Virus record (IMG/VR): IMGVR_UViG_3300045391_004154
Length of the DNA: 64,000 nucleotides
Origin: an uncultured virus (IMG/VR IMGVR_UViG_3300045391_004154)
Taxonomy: Duplodnaviria; Heunggongvirae; Uroviricota; Caudoviricetes
Reading direction: 5' to 3' (one strand)
Both the position numbers and the translations under genes were made by a program. Under the pieces are notes generated by a model. The model searched no databases, was not told the origin of the DNA, and saw only the letters and a list, made by a program, of their open reading frames with translations. This document shows positions 1 to 9,819 of the stretch, one piece after another. The first letter of the stretch is position 1. Each line of letters opens with the position of its first letter.

Positions 1-2
1 TT

Positions 3-770
3 TCCTCGTACGATGACTTCGCGGAGAACGGGCGCAGTGGCCTGAACGTCAACTGGCCGCAGCGTCAGTCGTATCTTTTCCAGATCATGAAGGAATACGG
101 CGAGCGCGAGCTCGAACGTGCCGGTTTGGCGAAGATCAACTGGGTCTCCAGCCTGGACCAGGCGGCAGCGGGTGTGATGAACCGCTTCCAGAACCTGTCA
201 TACTTCTTCGGCATCGCCGGCCTGCAGAACTACGGCCTGCTCAACGATCCCAACCTGTCCGCCTCCCTCACTCCGGCCACCAAGGCCGCGGGCGGCGTCA
301 AGTGGATCAATGGCACGCAGATCGTGGCGACGGCCAACGAGGTCTATTCCGACATTCAGTCGCTGTTCTTCCAGCTGGTTTCCCAGGCTGGCGGCACCAT
401 CGACCAGAACGCCGAGATGACCCTCGCCATGTCGCCGACCTCGGAAGTTGCCCTGACGGCGACGAACTCGTTCGGCGTCAACGTGACCGACCTGTTGAAG
501 AAGAACTTCCCCAACATGAAGGTCATCACCGCCGTGCAGTATGGCGTTGTCTCCGCGGCCAATCCTAATGGCGTCGCGGCCGGCAACCTGGTGCAGCTCA
601 TCGCGGGACGTGTCGACGGCCAGGAAACTGGCTTCGCGGCGTTCAACGAGAAGATGCGCCAGCACAACCTCATCAAGGCCACCTCGTCCTTCAAGCAGAA
701 GGTCTCGGGCGGCACTTGGGGCGCCGTTATTCGCCAGGCGTTCGCCATCTCCTCGATGGTCGGCGTCTAA
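3..770 (+). CDS. Major capsid protein (DUF2184/encapsulin-like HK97 fold), 5' truncated
   Basis: Frame is open from the window start (SSYDDF..NVNWPQRQSYLFQ..YGERELERAG..YFFGIAGLQNYGLLNDPNL..SSFKQKVSGGTWGA); typical Bcep781-type capsid motifs. Confidence 0.85.
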   Translation, partial: SSYDDFAENGRSGLNVNWPQRQSYLFQIMKEYGERELERAGLAKINWVSSLDQAAAGVMNRFQNLSYFFGIAGLQNYGLLNDPNLSASLTPATKAAGGVKWINGTQIVATANEVYSDIQSLFFQLVSQAGGTIDQNAEMTLAMSPTSEVALTATNSFGVNVTDLLKKNFPNMKVITAVQYGVVSAANPNGVAAGNLVQLIAGRVDGQETGFAAFNEKMRQHNLIKATSSFKQKVSGGTWGAVIRQAFAISSMVGV

Positions 771-791
771 CTCCAACCTGCAGTGACTTGT

Positions 792-814
792 GGGGTCGAT
801 AGGAGTTCGACCCC
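792..814 (+). promoter_or_regulatory. Hairpin immediately after the capsid gene (attenuator or mRNA-stabilising stem)
   Basis: GGGGTCGA-taggagt-TCGACCCC inverted repeat; no clear U tract. Confidence 0.4.
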
Positions 815-833
815 CGTCGCTGGGAGAATTTTC

Positions 834-1361
834 ATGAGCAAAACCCAACAGAAGCTGACGACGGCAAAATATGTCACCGTCGGCCTCAAGCACCCGAGCG
901 GTCTCATCCTGCGCCTCTTCAAGGAGGAGCAGATTACCGAGCAGAGCCCGTCGGGCCCGCGCCAGGTGAAGCAGCATTTCCCCAACCTCGAGGCCGGTAC
1001 CGTCGAGATCAAGGGCTATGGCGGCGCTGCGTTCGGTCAGGTGCAGCCGCACCGCATCATCGGGCAGTACGCGCTGACCCCGAACGTGCCGGCCGACTTC
1101 ATTCAGGAATGGTTGAAGCAGAACAAGGACCACGACCTGGTGAAGAACAACCTCATCTTCATCCACGCCGAGGAGGCCGATGCCGCCGCCCAAGGCAAGG
1201 AACAGCACGCCGTCTGGGATGGCCTCCACCCCCTGCGCATGCACTCCGCCAAAAAGGACCCGCGCGTCCCGAAGAAGGTGAAGCAGCTGGCCAAGAACGA
1301 TGCCGACGACGCCACGGCCGAAACCATGGCGATGACGGCACCAGCCTCGGCGGCCGCCTAA
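834..1361 (+). CDS. Virion-associated hypothetical protein
   Basis: GGAG RBS then ATG at 834; VGLKHPSGLIL and YALTPNVPADF motifs typical of the post-capsid gene in this module. Confidence 0.65.
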   Translation: MSKTQQKLTTAKYVTVGLKHPSGLILRLFKEEQITEQSPSGPRQVKQHFPNLEAGTVEIKGYGGAAFGQVQPHRIIGQYALTPNVPADFIQEWLKQNKDHDLVKNNLIFIHAEEADAAAQGKEQHAVWDGLHPLRMHSAKKDPRVPKKVKQLAKNDADDATAETMAMTAPASAAA

Positions 1362-1362
1362 G

Positions 1363-1830
1363 ATGAGCTGTGGAGGAGGCGCCATTGCCGTGCCGGATTA
1401 TGCGGCATGGCTCTTGCTGTTCCCGAACTTTTCCAACGTTACCGAGCCGCAATACCAGGCGTGCTGGGACATGGCGACGCAGTTTTGCCGCAACGATGGA
1501 ACGGGGCCGGTATCGAAAGAAGCCGTGCAGCAGCGCCTCCTCAATCTTCTCGCCGCGCACTGGGCATTCCTGCTCTATGGGGATGCCCAGAGCGGCGGCG
1601 CGTCGCAGCTCGTCGGCCGCATCAGCAGCGCGGCCGAGGGCTCGGTGAATGTCAGCACCGAAAACAATTATCCGCCGGGCACCGTGCAGTGGTTTCAGCA
1701 AACCAAGTATGGCTCGGCCTTCTGGGCAGCTTCAGCGCCCTATCGCACCTTCCGGTATCGCTCCTTCGTCACCGACGCGGCGATCGCCGGCACCTACAAC
1801 CCGACCTTTCCGGTCATCATCAATCAATAG
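1363..1830 (+). CDS. Head-tail adaptor (DUF4054-like)
   Basis: LLNLLAAH, GRISSAAEGSVNVS, WFQQTKYG..FW motifs; position. Confidence 0.75.
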   Translation: MSCGGGAIAVPDYAAWLLLFPNFSNVTEPQYQACWDMATQFCRNDGTGPVSKEAVQQRLLNLLAAHWAFLLYGDAQSGGASQLVGRISSAAEGSVNVSTENNYPPGTVQWFQQTKYGSAFWAASAPYRTFRYRSFVTDAAIAGTYNPTFPVIINQ

Positions 1831-1839
1831 GAGAACGTC

Positions 1840-2202
1840 ATGGACCTGGACGCACAGTTGAAGTCGCAAGCTTCGCGCATCGCCGTTTTGGAGGGCCAGA
1901 TGGCCCTGCTGCTGGGCGTGCCCGGCCTGCTGGAGGAAGCCGAGCGCGCCGCGGCTGAACGAGCTGCCGAGGAGCAGGGGGCTGCTGGAAAGGCTGCCGA
2001 GGAGAAGGCCGAGGCCGAGCGCCTCGAGGCCGAGCGCCTGGCCAACGAGAAGGCCGAGGCCGAGCGCCTGGCGGCCGAGGAAGCCCAGCGCAACCCGGCG
2101 CCCGAACCGATCGTGGAGGCTGCCGATGCGGTCGGCCAGATGGCCGATGAGCTTAACGCCACGGTGGAGGAGACCTCCGCCGATGAAGCCAAGCCTGAAT
2201 AA
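1840..2202 (+). CDS. Hypothetical acidic coiled-coil protein with EKAEAERL repeats
   Basis: Strong RBS (AGGAG); tandem low-complexity repeats near 2000-2080. Confidence 0.6.
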   Translation: MDLDAQLKSQASRIAVLEGQMALLLGVPGLLEEAERAAAERAAEEQGAAGKAAEEKAEAERLEAERLANEKAEAERLAAEEAQRNPAPEPIVEAADAVGQMADELNATVEETSADEAKPE

Positions 2203-2699
2203 TGAAGGTCAAGGGCGGCGATAAGTTTGAGGCGGCCCTCAAGCAAATCGCCGCCGACCTTTCCCAGCCCGGCAAGGTGCGCGTCGGGTTTCTGGAGGGC
2301 GCCACCTACCCCGACGGACAGACCGTCGCAGAAGTAGCGGCCTACAATGAATATGGCCGCATGGTGCGCGGCAACGTGGAGGAGAGCGCCACCGGCAAGG
2401 GCGATCTCTACTATCAACTGCCGCGGCCGTTCTTTCGCAACATGATCGATGCCAAGAGCGGTGAGTGGCCCGAGGCCGTGCGCTTGAACCTTAAGGCGAC
2501 CAAGTACAACGTGCCCTTGACGCTGGGGCGCGTCGGCGAGGGGATCAAGGGCCAGCTGCAGCAGTCCATCCGCGACCTGGTGTCGCCGCCGCTGGCCGAG
2601 AGCACCATTCAAAAGAAGGGCTTTGACAAGCCCCTCATCGATACGGGGCACATGATCAACAGCGCCGCCTGGCAGGTAGTAGGAGAAAAGATCAAGTGA
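2202..2699 (+). CDS. Neck / tail-completion protein
   Basis: VAAYNEYG, PRPFFR, PLAESTI.KKGFDKPLIDTG motifs. Confidence 0.75.
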   Translation: MKVKGGDKFEAALKQIAADLSQPGKVRVGFLEGATYPDGQTVAEVAAYNEYGRMVRGNVEESATGKGDLYYQLPRPFFRNMIDAKSGEWPEAVRLNLKATKYNVPLTLGRVGEGIKGQLQQSIRDLVSPPLAESTIQKKGFDKPLIDTGHMINSAAWQVVGEKIK

Positions 2700-3088
2700 C
2701 CATCGGCGGCGGCTTGAACCTGCACGGCATTGTGCGCGGCGCGATTACGACCGTCAACGAGGACGTGACGGTGGCCTACGAGCGCAGCAACGGCTTTGCC
2801 ATTGGGCAGAGCGGCAAGCCCACGCCGCAGTATCTTCCAGTGGAGCCGATCAGGGCGCAATTCCAGGCACTGACCTACAAGGACCTGGCCCAGCTGGATG
2901 GGATCAACCAGAACGGGGTGCGTCGCGGCGTGTATCTCTACGGCTCGGCCGATGGGGTTGTGCGCGCGGACGCCAAGGGCGGTGACCTCATCACGGACTC
3001 CGAGAATCATGTGTGGCTCGTGACGCAAAATCTCGAGCAATGGCCTTTCTGGTGCAAGGTGGCGGTAACTCTGCAAAACGGGAGTTAA
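2696..3088 (+). CDS. Head closure protein
   Basis: GTG start overlapping the previous stop; NLHGIVRGAI, GGDL, WLV..LEQWP.WCKV motifs. Confidence 0.65.
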   Translation: MTIGGGLNLHGIVRGAITTVNEDVTVAYERSNGFAIGQSGKPTPQYLPVEPIRAQFQALTYKDLAQLDGINQNGVRRGVYLYGSADGVVRADAKGGDLITDSENHVWLVTQNLEQWPFWCKVAVTLQNGS

Positions 3089-3166
3089 GCATGCGTTCAT
3101 TCTTTGCCGCGTTGGTCACGATTGCATTGGTTTTATCCTTTCCCGATATGACGTAGGAGCCTTCAA

Positions 3167-3529
3167 ATGAAAAGTTTCTTGGGTACGCTGTTTGCCTTGG
3201 TCCTGGTTTGCCTCACGGCAGACTTCATGGAGAACAAGGCTCAGGCCGATGGGTGGATACAGCAGGTACCGCTCGGCTATCAGCAGATTACCTCGCTCAG
3301 CGCCTCTACGGCGCTGACGGTGCCGGCCGGCGCCACGCAGGCGGTGATTTACGTCGAGACCCAGGCCGTGCGCTATCGCGACGATGGCACCGCGCCGACC
3401 GCGGCCGTGGGCGCGCCGCTGGCGGTGACCGGCAGCGGCCAGCCGTTCGTCTACAATGGCACGCTGAGCGCCATTCGCTTTATCGAGCAGACGGCCAGCG
3501 CCAAGATCAACGTCCTCTATTATCGATAG
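3167..3529 (+). CDS. Small beta-rich protein with Sec-type signal peptide
   Basis: AGGAG RBS; MKSFLGTLFALVLVCL...AQA|DG; VRYRDDGTAPT motif. Confidence 0.65.
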   Translation: MKSFLGTLFALVLVCLTADFMENKAQADGWIQQVPLGYQQITSLSASTALTVPAGATQAVIYVETQAVRYRDDGTAPTAAVGAPLAVTGSGQPFVYNGTLSAIRFIEQTASAKINVLYYR

Positions 3530-4306
3530 ATGGCGCTGATTGTTTCACCCACCCAGGAGGAAACCCTAACCGTATTGAAGGGGTACCTGGATCAGATTGT
3601 GGGCCCGCAGGTGAACGTGCTGCAGGCTCAGGGCAATCGCATTCCGGAGGTCATGGCCGATAACTTCGTGCTGATGACCCCACGCAATCGCGAGCGGCTC
3701 TCCACAAACCGAAACCATTTTTTGGATTGTGCCTTCGCCGGCTCTATCTTGAATGATGTGCTGACGGTGACGGCGGTGGCGATCGGTACCATCATTCCAC
3801 CGGCGCAGATTTTCTCACCCTCGTTCACCGCGCCCGTAACCATCTTGAGCCAGCTTACGGGTACACCGGGCGGCATTGGCACCTACCAGCTCACCGACGC
3901 GCCCGACATTGCGGCGAGCTCGCAGGTGGGCGTCTTTGTGATCGGGCAGAGCCCGGTGGAGGGTACCAAGTTTGCCTGCGGCCAGCAGGGCGCGCTCCAG
4001 CCCACGAAGTTTTCGGTGCAGCTGGACGTGCATGGCGAGGACAGCGCCGACCTGGCTCAGATCATATCTACCATGCTCTGGGACGAGCAGGCCTACAGCT
4101 ATTTTCTGAGTGCCAACCCAAACGTGCTGCCGCTTTACGCTACCGACCCGCGGCAGCTGCCGTTCAACAACGACCAGACCCAGGTGGAAAACCGTTGGGT
4201 TTTTGAAGCCCTGCTTCAAGTCAACGCTACGGTGACGGCGCCGCAGCAATTCGCCGACCAGGTAGCGGTCGGTCTCATAAACGTCGATGCCACCTATCCC
4301 CCGTGA
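3530..4306 (+). CDS. Tail terminator / neck protein with inserted beta-rich domain
   Basis: Immediately upstream of sheath; QGNRIP, RLSTN, QLDVHG, PLYA.DPRQ, ENRW motifs. Confidence 0.65.
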   Translation: MALIVSPTQEETLTVLKGYLDQIVGPQVNVLQAQGNRIPEVMADNFVLMTPRNRERLSTNRNHFLDCAFAGSILNDVLTVTAVAIGTIIPPAQIFSPSFTAPVTILSQLTGTPGGIGTYQLTDAPDIAASSQVGVFVIGQSPVEGTKFACGQQGALQPTKFSVQLDVHGEDSADLAQIISTMLWDEQAYSYFLSANPNVLPLYATDPRQLPFNNDQTQVENRWVFEALLQVNATVTAPQQFADQVAVGLINVDATYPP

Positions 4307-4316
4307 GGAGTAAATA

Positions 4317-5825
4317 ATGAGCCTTGCCAACAGCATTCCGGCCAGCGAGCTGGTCCAGGTCAATCCCAACGTCTTGAGCGCCGGCGGTGAATCGCTGGAC
4401 ATCATCGCTCTGGTGCTTACCAATAGCGCGCGCGTGCCCATGGGCACCGTGGAGTCATTCCCCGATGCTGAAAGCGTCCGCAGCTATTTTGGCTCCGGGT
4501 CCAACGAGGACAGCTTTGCCAGCATCTACTTCTCGGGCTTTGTGGGCCGCTCGGTCTCTCCCGAGGCCATTCTGTTCACACAGTTCAACACCGCCAGCGT
4601 TGCCGCCTTCATGCGCGGCGGCTCGGGCCTGACGCTTGCTCAAATCAAGGCCGTTACCTCGGGCACGATCGCCATCACCACGGATGGCACGCTGAAAACT
4701 TCCTCGGCGATCAACCTGGCCGCGGCCACGAGCCCGTCCAATGCGGCGACCTTGATCCAGGCGGCCTTCACCACGCCGAACTTTGTCGTCAGCTGGGACA
4801 GTGTGATTGGCGCCTTTGTCTTCACGAGCTCCACAACGGGTGCAGCTTCCACCATCACCTTTGGCTCGGGCACCGCGGCCACGGCGCTGCTGCTCACCTC
4901 GGCGACCGGTGCGGTGCTGAGCCAGGGCGCGATCGCGGCGGTGCCGGGAACGTTCATGGATAACATCGTGGACAACCTCAGCCAGAACTGGGCGACCTTC
5001 GCGCTGACCTTCGATCCCGACACCGGTGGCGCGAATACCAACAAGCTGGCCTTCGCGCAATGGAACAGCAATCAGAACCAGATGTTCGCCTTCGTTTGCT
5101 GGGACTCTGACGTGGCGCCGGCCAACTCCAGCTCCGCGCCCACGAGCTTGGGCGCGCTGATTGAAGCGGCCGACATCTCCGGTACCACTCTGCTTTGGGG
5201 TCCGGACTTCACCAAGGCCGCCTTCACCTGCGGCACCGCGGCCTCGATTGACTTCACGCGCACCAACGGCCGCATCACCTTCGCTTACCGGCGGCAGGAA
5301 GGCTTGACGCCCGACGTCACCAACCAGCTCGTGGCCAACAACCTGCTGGCGAACGGCTACAACTATTATGGCGCCTACGCGACGCGCTCGGAAAACTTCA
5401 ACCTGCTCTACAACGGCTCGGTGTCTGGGCAGTTTGCCTGGCTGGACAGCTATATCAATCAGATTTGGCTGAACAGCGAGCTGCAGAACAGCATTCTGCT
5501 CGGCATGACCAATGCCAAGTCCATTCCGTACAACTCGTCGGGGTATGCCCTCATCGAGGCCTTCTGCATGGACCCGATCAACGCCGCGCTCAACTTCGGC
5601 GCCATTCGCGCCGGCGTTACGCTCTCGGCCTCGCAGATCGAGCAGATCAACCTGGCCGCCGGCGCCGACATCGCGAACATCGTGCAGACCCGCGGCTGGT
5701 ACCTGCAGGTGAAGGACGCAAGCCCGGTTGTGCGCGCCAACCGCGGCTCTCCCCCCTGCACCCTGTGGTACGCAGACGGCGGCTCGGTCCAGAAGATCGT
5801 GCTTGACTCCATCGAAGTTCAATAG
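4317..5825 (+). CDS. Tail sheath protein (DUF3383-like)
   Basis: 502 aa; SIPASELVQVNP.VL, NWATF, GYNYYGAY, WLDSYINQIWL, GWYLQ, WYADGGSVQ. Confidence 0.85.
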   Translation: MSLANSIPASELVQVNPNVLSAGGESLDIIALVLTNSARVPMGTVESFPDAESVRSYFGSGSNEDSFASIYFSGFVGRSVSPEAILFTQFNTASVAAFMRGGSGLTLAQIKAVTSGTIAITTDGTLKTSSAINLAAATSPSNAATLIQAAFTTPNFVVSWDSVIGAFVFTSSTTGAASTITFGSGTAATALLLTSATGAVLSQGAIAAVPGTFMDNIVDNLSQNWATFALTFDPDTGGANTNKLAFAQWNSNQNQMFAFVCWDSDVAPANSSSAPTSLGALIEAADISGTTLLWGPDFTKAAFTCGTAASIDFTRTNGRITFAYRRQEGLTPDVTNQLVANNLLANGYNYYGAYATRSENFNLLYNGSVSGQFAWLDSYINQIWLNSELQNSILLGMTNAKSIPYNSSGYALIEAFCMDPINAALNFGAIRAGVTLSASQIEQINLAAGADIANIVQTRGWYLQVKDASPVVRANRGSPPCTLWYADGGSVQKIVLDSIEVQ

Positions 5826-5850
5826 TTTCCAACGCGAGAGGATTTAATCC

Positions 5851-6282
5851 ATGTCATCCTTGACCGGCGCAACCGCCGTTATTCAGCTCCAGATTGCTGG
5901 GCTCTACGATCAGCCGCAGCAACTCCAGGGCTTTGCCGCTGACGACATTTTCGAAACCGAGGCCATTCAGAACGTCGAGACCCTTATGGGTACCGATGGC
6001 TACATGTCCGCCGGATTCGTCTATGTGCCCAAGACGATGAATATCTCGCTGCAGGCGGACTCGCCGTCGAATGCCATCTTCGACAACTGGTATTCCATCC
6101 AGGAGTCGCAGGCCGACGTTTATTTCGGCAATGCCGTCGTGGTGCTGCGGGCATTGGGTCAGAAGTGGAATTTGACCAGGGGGGTGCTGCAGAGCTATAC
6201 GCCGATTCCGGCGACCAAGAAGCTCATTCAGCCGCGCAAGTACGGCATCCTCTGGAACCTGATGAGCCCCGCACCCGTGTAG
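5851..6282 (+). CDS. Tail tube protein
   Basis: 143 aa after sheath; LQGFAADD, MGTDG..SAG, LQADSPS. Confidence 0.8.
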   Translation: MSSLTGATAVIQLQIAGLYDQPQQLQGFAADDIFETEAIQNVETLMGTDGYMSAGFVYVPKTMNISLQADSPSNAIFDNWYSIQESQADVYFGNAVVVLRALGQKWNLTRGVLQSYTPIPATKKLIQPRKYGILWNLMSPAPV

Positions 6283-6318
6283 CTTTAGTTTTCACATAGC
6301 CATCGGAGGAGAGAACGC

Positions 6319-6813
6319 ATGGCGCGTAGAATAAAGGACGTCACGATCAGCACGCCTGGTCGTGACCAGGGCAAGATGTTCCGCATTACCGAGATGGAGG
6401 CGGACAAGGGTGAGGAGTGGGGCATGCGTGCCCTGATGGCCCTCACCAAGGCCGGCGTGGAGCTGCCCGAGGGTGCCACTGGCATGGCGGGTATTGCCAG
6501 CGCCGGCCTGGAGGCCCTCGGCAAGCTGCAGTTCGCCGAGGTCAAGCTGCTGATGGACGAGATGTTCCTCTGCATCGAGCGCTTGCCCGATCCGAAAAAC
6601 CTCAGTGTAGTCCGACCGCTGGTCAAAGATGATACTGAGGAAATTCGCACGCGCATGATGCTTCGCGCGGAGGTTTGGACGCTGCACACGGGTTTTTCGT
6701 TTCCCGGGCTCCCCTCGACGGACTCGAGCTCGGGAACACAGGCCGCAGAGGGTCCTTCATTAAAACCGCGAACATCTCGCCGGCACTCGCGGCGGTTGTC
6801 ACCGCGCGGTTAG
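6319..6813 (+). CDS. Tail assembly chaperone (gpG-like)
   Basis: GGAGGAG RBS; GRDQGK.F.ITEM; lies between tube and tape measure. Confidence 0.75.
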   Translation: MARRIKDVTISTPGRDQGKMFRITEMEADKGEEWGMRALMALTKAGVELPEGATGMAGIASAGLEALGKLQFAEVKLLMDEMFLCIERLPDPKNLSVVRPLVKDDTEEIRTRMMLRAEVWTLHTGFSFPGLPSTDSSSGTQAAEGPSLKPRTSRRHSRRLSPRG

Positions 6814-6932
6814 CGACATGGGCCGATCTTTCCACGGTGCTGGGAGTAAAGGATTTGTATGACCTGCTGGAAATTGCCGCGGTGAATGCTCATAACGACC
6901 ACGCCGCGCGTAAGCTGGCGGAGCAGCAATAG
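6690..6932 (+). CDS. Tail assembly chaperone -1 frameshift extension (gpGT-like)
   Basis: In-frame slippery heptamer G GGT TTT at 6690-6696; the -1 frame is open to 6932 and encodes LATWADLSTVLGVKDLYDLLEI. Confidence 0.7.
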   Translation, partial: GFFVSRAPLDGLELGNTGRRGSFIKTANISPALAAVVTARLATWADLSTVLGVKDLYDLLEIAAVNAHNDHAARKLAEQQ

Positions 6933-8791
6933 TGCCGACGATCATCGACGCTCTCGTCGTTGAGCTGGGATTTGACGCGAACGGCCTGGAGGCTGGCCGC
7001 AAGAAGGTCCAGCAGACCTTCAACCAGACCCGCGAGAGCGCTGAAAAAACCGGCAAGGACATCGAGAAGTCGGCCAAGTCGGCCGAACAATATATCACGC
7101 GGTTGAGAAACAACGTGCTGGCCCTCTTTGCCGCCTTTACCGCGGGACGCGGGGTCAAGGACTTTCTCAGTGATATGACCACCAGCGATGCGGCGCTAGG
7201 CCGTTTCGCCAAGACGGTAGGCCAAAGCGCCGAGGAGATTGCCTCGTGGCGCGCCGCCGGCAAGCTGATGGGCGTGGATGCTCGTGATATTGACTCCACC
7301 TTCAGCAACCTCGTCCAACAGTTTCAGCAGTTCTCTCTCACTGGCGATTCCACGCTGGTGCCGTGGTTCCGTGCCTTGGGCTTGAGCATGTCGGACGCTA
7401 CCGGCAAGATGAAGCCGGTCAACGAGCTGCTGCTGGAGCTCGCCGAGCGCGTCCAGGGCCTGCCACCCGAGCGCGCCACCGCCTTCCTCACCAACATGGG
7501 CATCTCGCCGGGAATGATAAACCTGCTGCTGCAGGGACCGCCGGCCATTCGCAAGCTCATCGACAGTCAGCGCGAGCTCGCCAAGGCGCACGCGGCCGAT
7601 ATTGCGGCGGCGCAGGAGCGCCAGCGGGTTTGGAACGCCTTCTTGAACCAGGCGGAGCGCGTCGGGGTTGTTCTTCTTACCACCCTCACGCCCGCGATGA
7701 TAGCCGTGGCCGGCATGCTGGAGGAGGTCGCGCGCTGGGCTGGCGATAACCCCGACGCGGCCGCAGGAGCTTTCGGCGCCCTCACTGGGGTGACGCTGCT
7801 GCTCAGCGGTGCACTGCTGATTAACCTGGCGGGCTCGGCACTTACGGCCGTGGCCGCGGGCTTTGCCGGCTTGGTTAGCCTTTCAACCGGACTGCTGCTC
7901 CGAATGGCGGTGATGACCGCCACGGCGATCCCAGCCCTTTCCAAGGCCTTCTTCGGCCTGGCCCTGGCGATCGAGTCCACCCCCATCGGCTGGATCGTTA
8001 CGGGCATTGCCCTCATCTCCGCGGCTGGCTTTCTGCTTTACCGCAACTGGAACTCCATCTCCTCCTGGTGGAAGCGGCTTTGGAGTGGCATGAGCGATGA
8101 TACGACGGCAGCAACCGACAAGATGGCCAAGAAGCTGCCGGCACCGCCTGCCTCGGGAAAGCCCACGAGCGGGGCCTACGGCAGCAAGGGAGGCCCGACC
8201 CGCGAGGGGGACGTGCAAACCCTCATGGGAAAAGGATGGACGCGGGAGCAGGCCACGGGGATCGTGGCGAGCATCCAAAGCGAGAGCACCGGACGGACGG
8301 ACGCGGTGGGCGACAATGGCCGCGCCTTTGGCCTGGCCCAATGGCACCCGGATCGTCAGGCCAGGTTCAAGAATTGGACCGGCAAGGACATTCGCGAGGC
8401 CTCCCGCGCCGAGCAGCTGGCCTTCATTGACCACGAGCTGCGCAACGAGGAGAGCGGCGCCGGTCAAGCTCTGGCTAACACTCGCGACGCCGGCTCGGCC
8501 GCCAAGGTCGTATCGAGGCTCTACGAGCGGCCGGCCAGCGACCAGGGCGAGCTCCGGGCCGCGATCGCGCAGGCCATGATAAAGGCGCCAAGTACCGCAA
8601 CGGTGCCGGCAACCGCCGTGGCCTCCAGCGTTGCGGGCAATCGCTATCAGACCAATAACAACAAGACTGACGTACGGGTTGGCAGCATGACCGTGAATAC
8701 GCAGGCCACCGACGCACGCGGGATTGCCGGTGATATCACGCCGGCTCTGCAAAACTCTTTCGCCCAGATGGCCAACAGCGGGCCGACATAG
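6932..8791 (+). CDS. Tape measure protein with C-terminal phage tail lysozyme domain
   Basis: IIDALVVELG start; Ala-rich helical body; QATGIVASIQSES...AVGDNGRAFGLAQWHPDRQ. Confidence 0.85.
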   Translation: MPTIIDALVVELGFDANGLEAGRKKVQQTFNQTRESAEKTGKDIEKSAKSAEQYITRLRNNVLALFAAFTAGRGVKDFLSDMTTSDAALGRFAKTVGQSAEEIASWRAAGKLMGVDARDIDSTFSNLVQQFQQFSLTGDSTLVPWFRALGLSMSDATGKMKPVNELLLELAERVQGLPPERATAFLTNMGISPGMINLLLQGPPAIRKLIDSQRELAKAHAADIAAAQERQRVWNAFLNQAERVGVVLLTTLTPAMIAVAGMLEEVARWAGDNPDAAAGAFGALTGVTLLLSGALLINLAGSALTAVAAGFAGLVSLSTGLLLRMAVMTATAIPALSKAFFGLALAIESTPIGWIVTGIALISAAGFLLYRNWNSISSWWKRLWSGMSDDTTAATDKMAKKLPAPPASGKPTSGAYGSKGGPTREGDVQTLMGKGWTREQATGIVASIQSESTGRTDAVGDNGRAFGLAQWHPDRQARFKNWTGKDIREASRAEQLAFIDHELRNEESGAGQALANTRDAGSAAKVVSRLYERPASDQGELRAAIAQAMIKAPSTATVPATAVASSVAGNRYQTNNNKTDVRVGSMTVNTQATDARGIAGDITPALQNSFAQMANSGPT

Positions 8792-8793
8792 CC

Positions 8794-9819
8794 ATGTATT
8801 ATCCCATGGTTCCGGACGTTCCGGGCGTTCCATCATTGCTGCGCATCCCGCCGCACGTCATCTCGCGCACGGGTGACAGCATGGACCAGGCTATTGGAGC
8901 TCTGCTCAGCATCAGCTCCTTCGCCCGCAATTCCCCCCTGTCCCCAATGTCCAACGCGCTTTCGGGTGTGCAGGAGGCTCTTAGCCTAGTGGGAATTGTG
9001 AATGGTAATTTCAGCACCTATCCCTCCAGTCTGTTTGATCCGTTCGTCTATCCGATGACCGATGTTACGGGCAATCTGAATTCGCTGATGGCGACCATTG
9101 GAACAAATCCTACAGGGCCAATCAACCTGATTTCTGGAACGGTGGACAATACCGCCAGCATGCTCAGCAACGTCTCCGACGACTTCTTTGCGGATGCGGG
9201 CATTGATGATGCTACGTTGGAGGATGGTGTGGAGTCCGTTACTTCTACAGCGTTCAGGGGGGAACCGCAGTGGGGAATTTTTGAGTCGGGCCAGTCGGTC
9301 GTTGAGGCTGACAACGTTGTGGGATTTGACTATCGCAAGGATTGGACCATCTCCGACTATCCGGTGGAGGAGGGTGCCTTTCAGAGCTACGACAAGGTGG
9401 AGCTACCCTTTGACGCGCGCGTGAAGTTCTCGTGCGGCGGCTCGCTGGACACGCGCACGGCGTTTCTCAAATCGATTGAGGATATCGCCGGCAATCTGAC
9501 CCTCTACGATGTGGTGACGCCGACCAAGACCTATCAGAGCTGCAACATCACGCACGTGGACTATCGCCAAACGGCGCAGAATGGCGTGGGGCTCATGGTG
9601 GTAGAGGTTTACCTGCAGGAGATACGCGATACGGCCACGGCGACCTTCAGTCAGACGGCCGGCACCGATCCCAACAGTACCCCGACGACGACCAAGACGC
9701 CGGCGCCGAAGTCGCCCAGCGCCCAGCCGGTCAAGAGCGGTGGCACCAAGCAGGCCCAGCCCATCCCGGCGCAGGACAGCACGGCGATCGGAACGGCTCT
9801 ATTGAACACGTTGAACTGA
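8794..9819 (+). CDS. Baseplate hub / Dit-like protein
   Basis: VPDVPGVP N-terminus; ISDYPVEEGAFQSYDKV, YDVVTP, LQEIR. Confidence 0.7.
   Translation: MYYPMVPDVPGVPSLLRIPPHVISRTGDSMDQAIGALLSISSFARNSPLSPMSNALSGVQEALSLVGIVNGNFSTYPSSLFDPFVYPMTDVTGNLNSLMATIGTNPTGPINLISGTVDNTASMLSNVSDDFFADAGIDDATLEDGVESVTSTAFRGEPQWGIFESGQSVVEADNVVGFDYRKDWTISDYPVEEGAFQSYDKVELPFDARVKFSCGGSLDTRTAFLKSIEDIAGNLTLYDVVTPTKTYQSCNITHVDYRQTAQNGVGLMVVEVYLQEIRDTATATFSQTAGTDPNSTPTTTKTPAPKSPSAQPVKSGGTKQAQPIPAQDSTAIGTALLNTLN

Noticed and set aside
2000..2080. Tandem GAGGCCGAGCGCCT repeats as a CRISPR-like or regulatory array
   Set aside because: In-frame coding repeats (EAERL) with no unique spacers.
3154..3156. Possible amber read-through joining the mini-ORF to 3167-3529, or a recoded genetic code
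   Set aside because: The two ORFs are in different frames, and all major genes are intact under the standard code.
198..5822. Long minus-strand ORFs (198-1385, 4455-5822) opposite capsid and sheath
   Set aside because: Antisense shadows of high-GC3 genes; no RBS or recognisable motifs.
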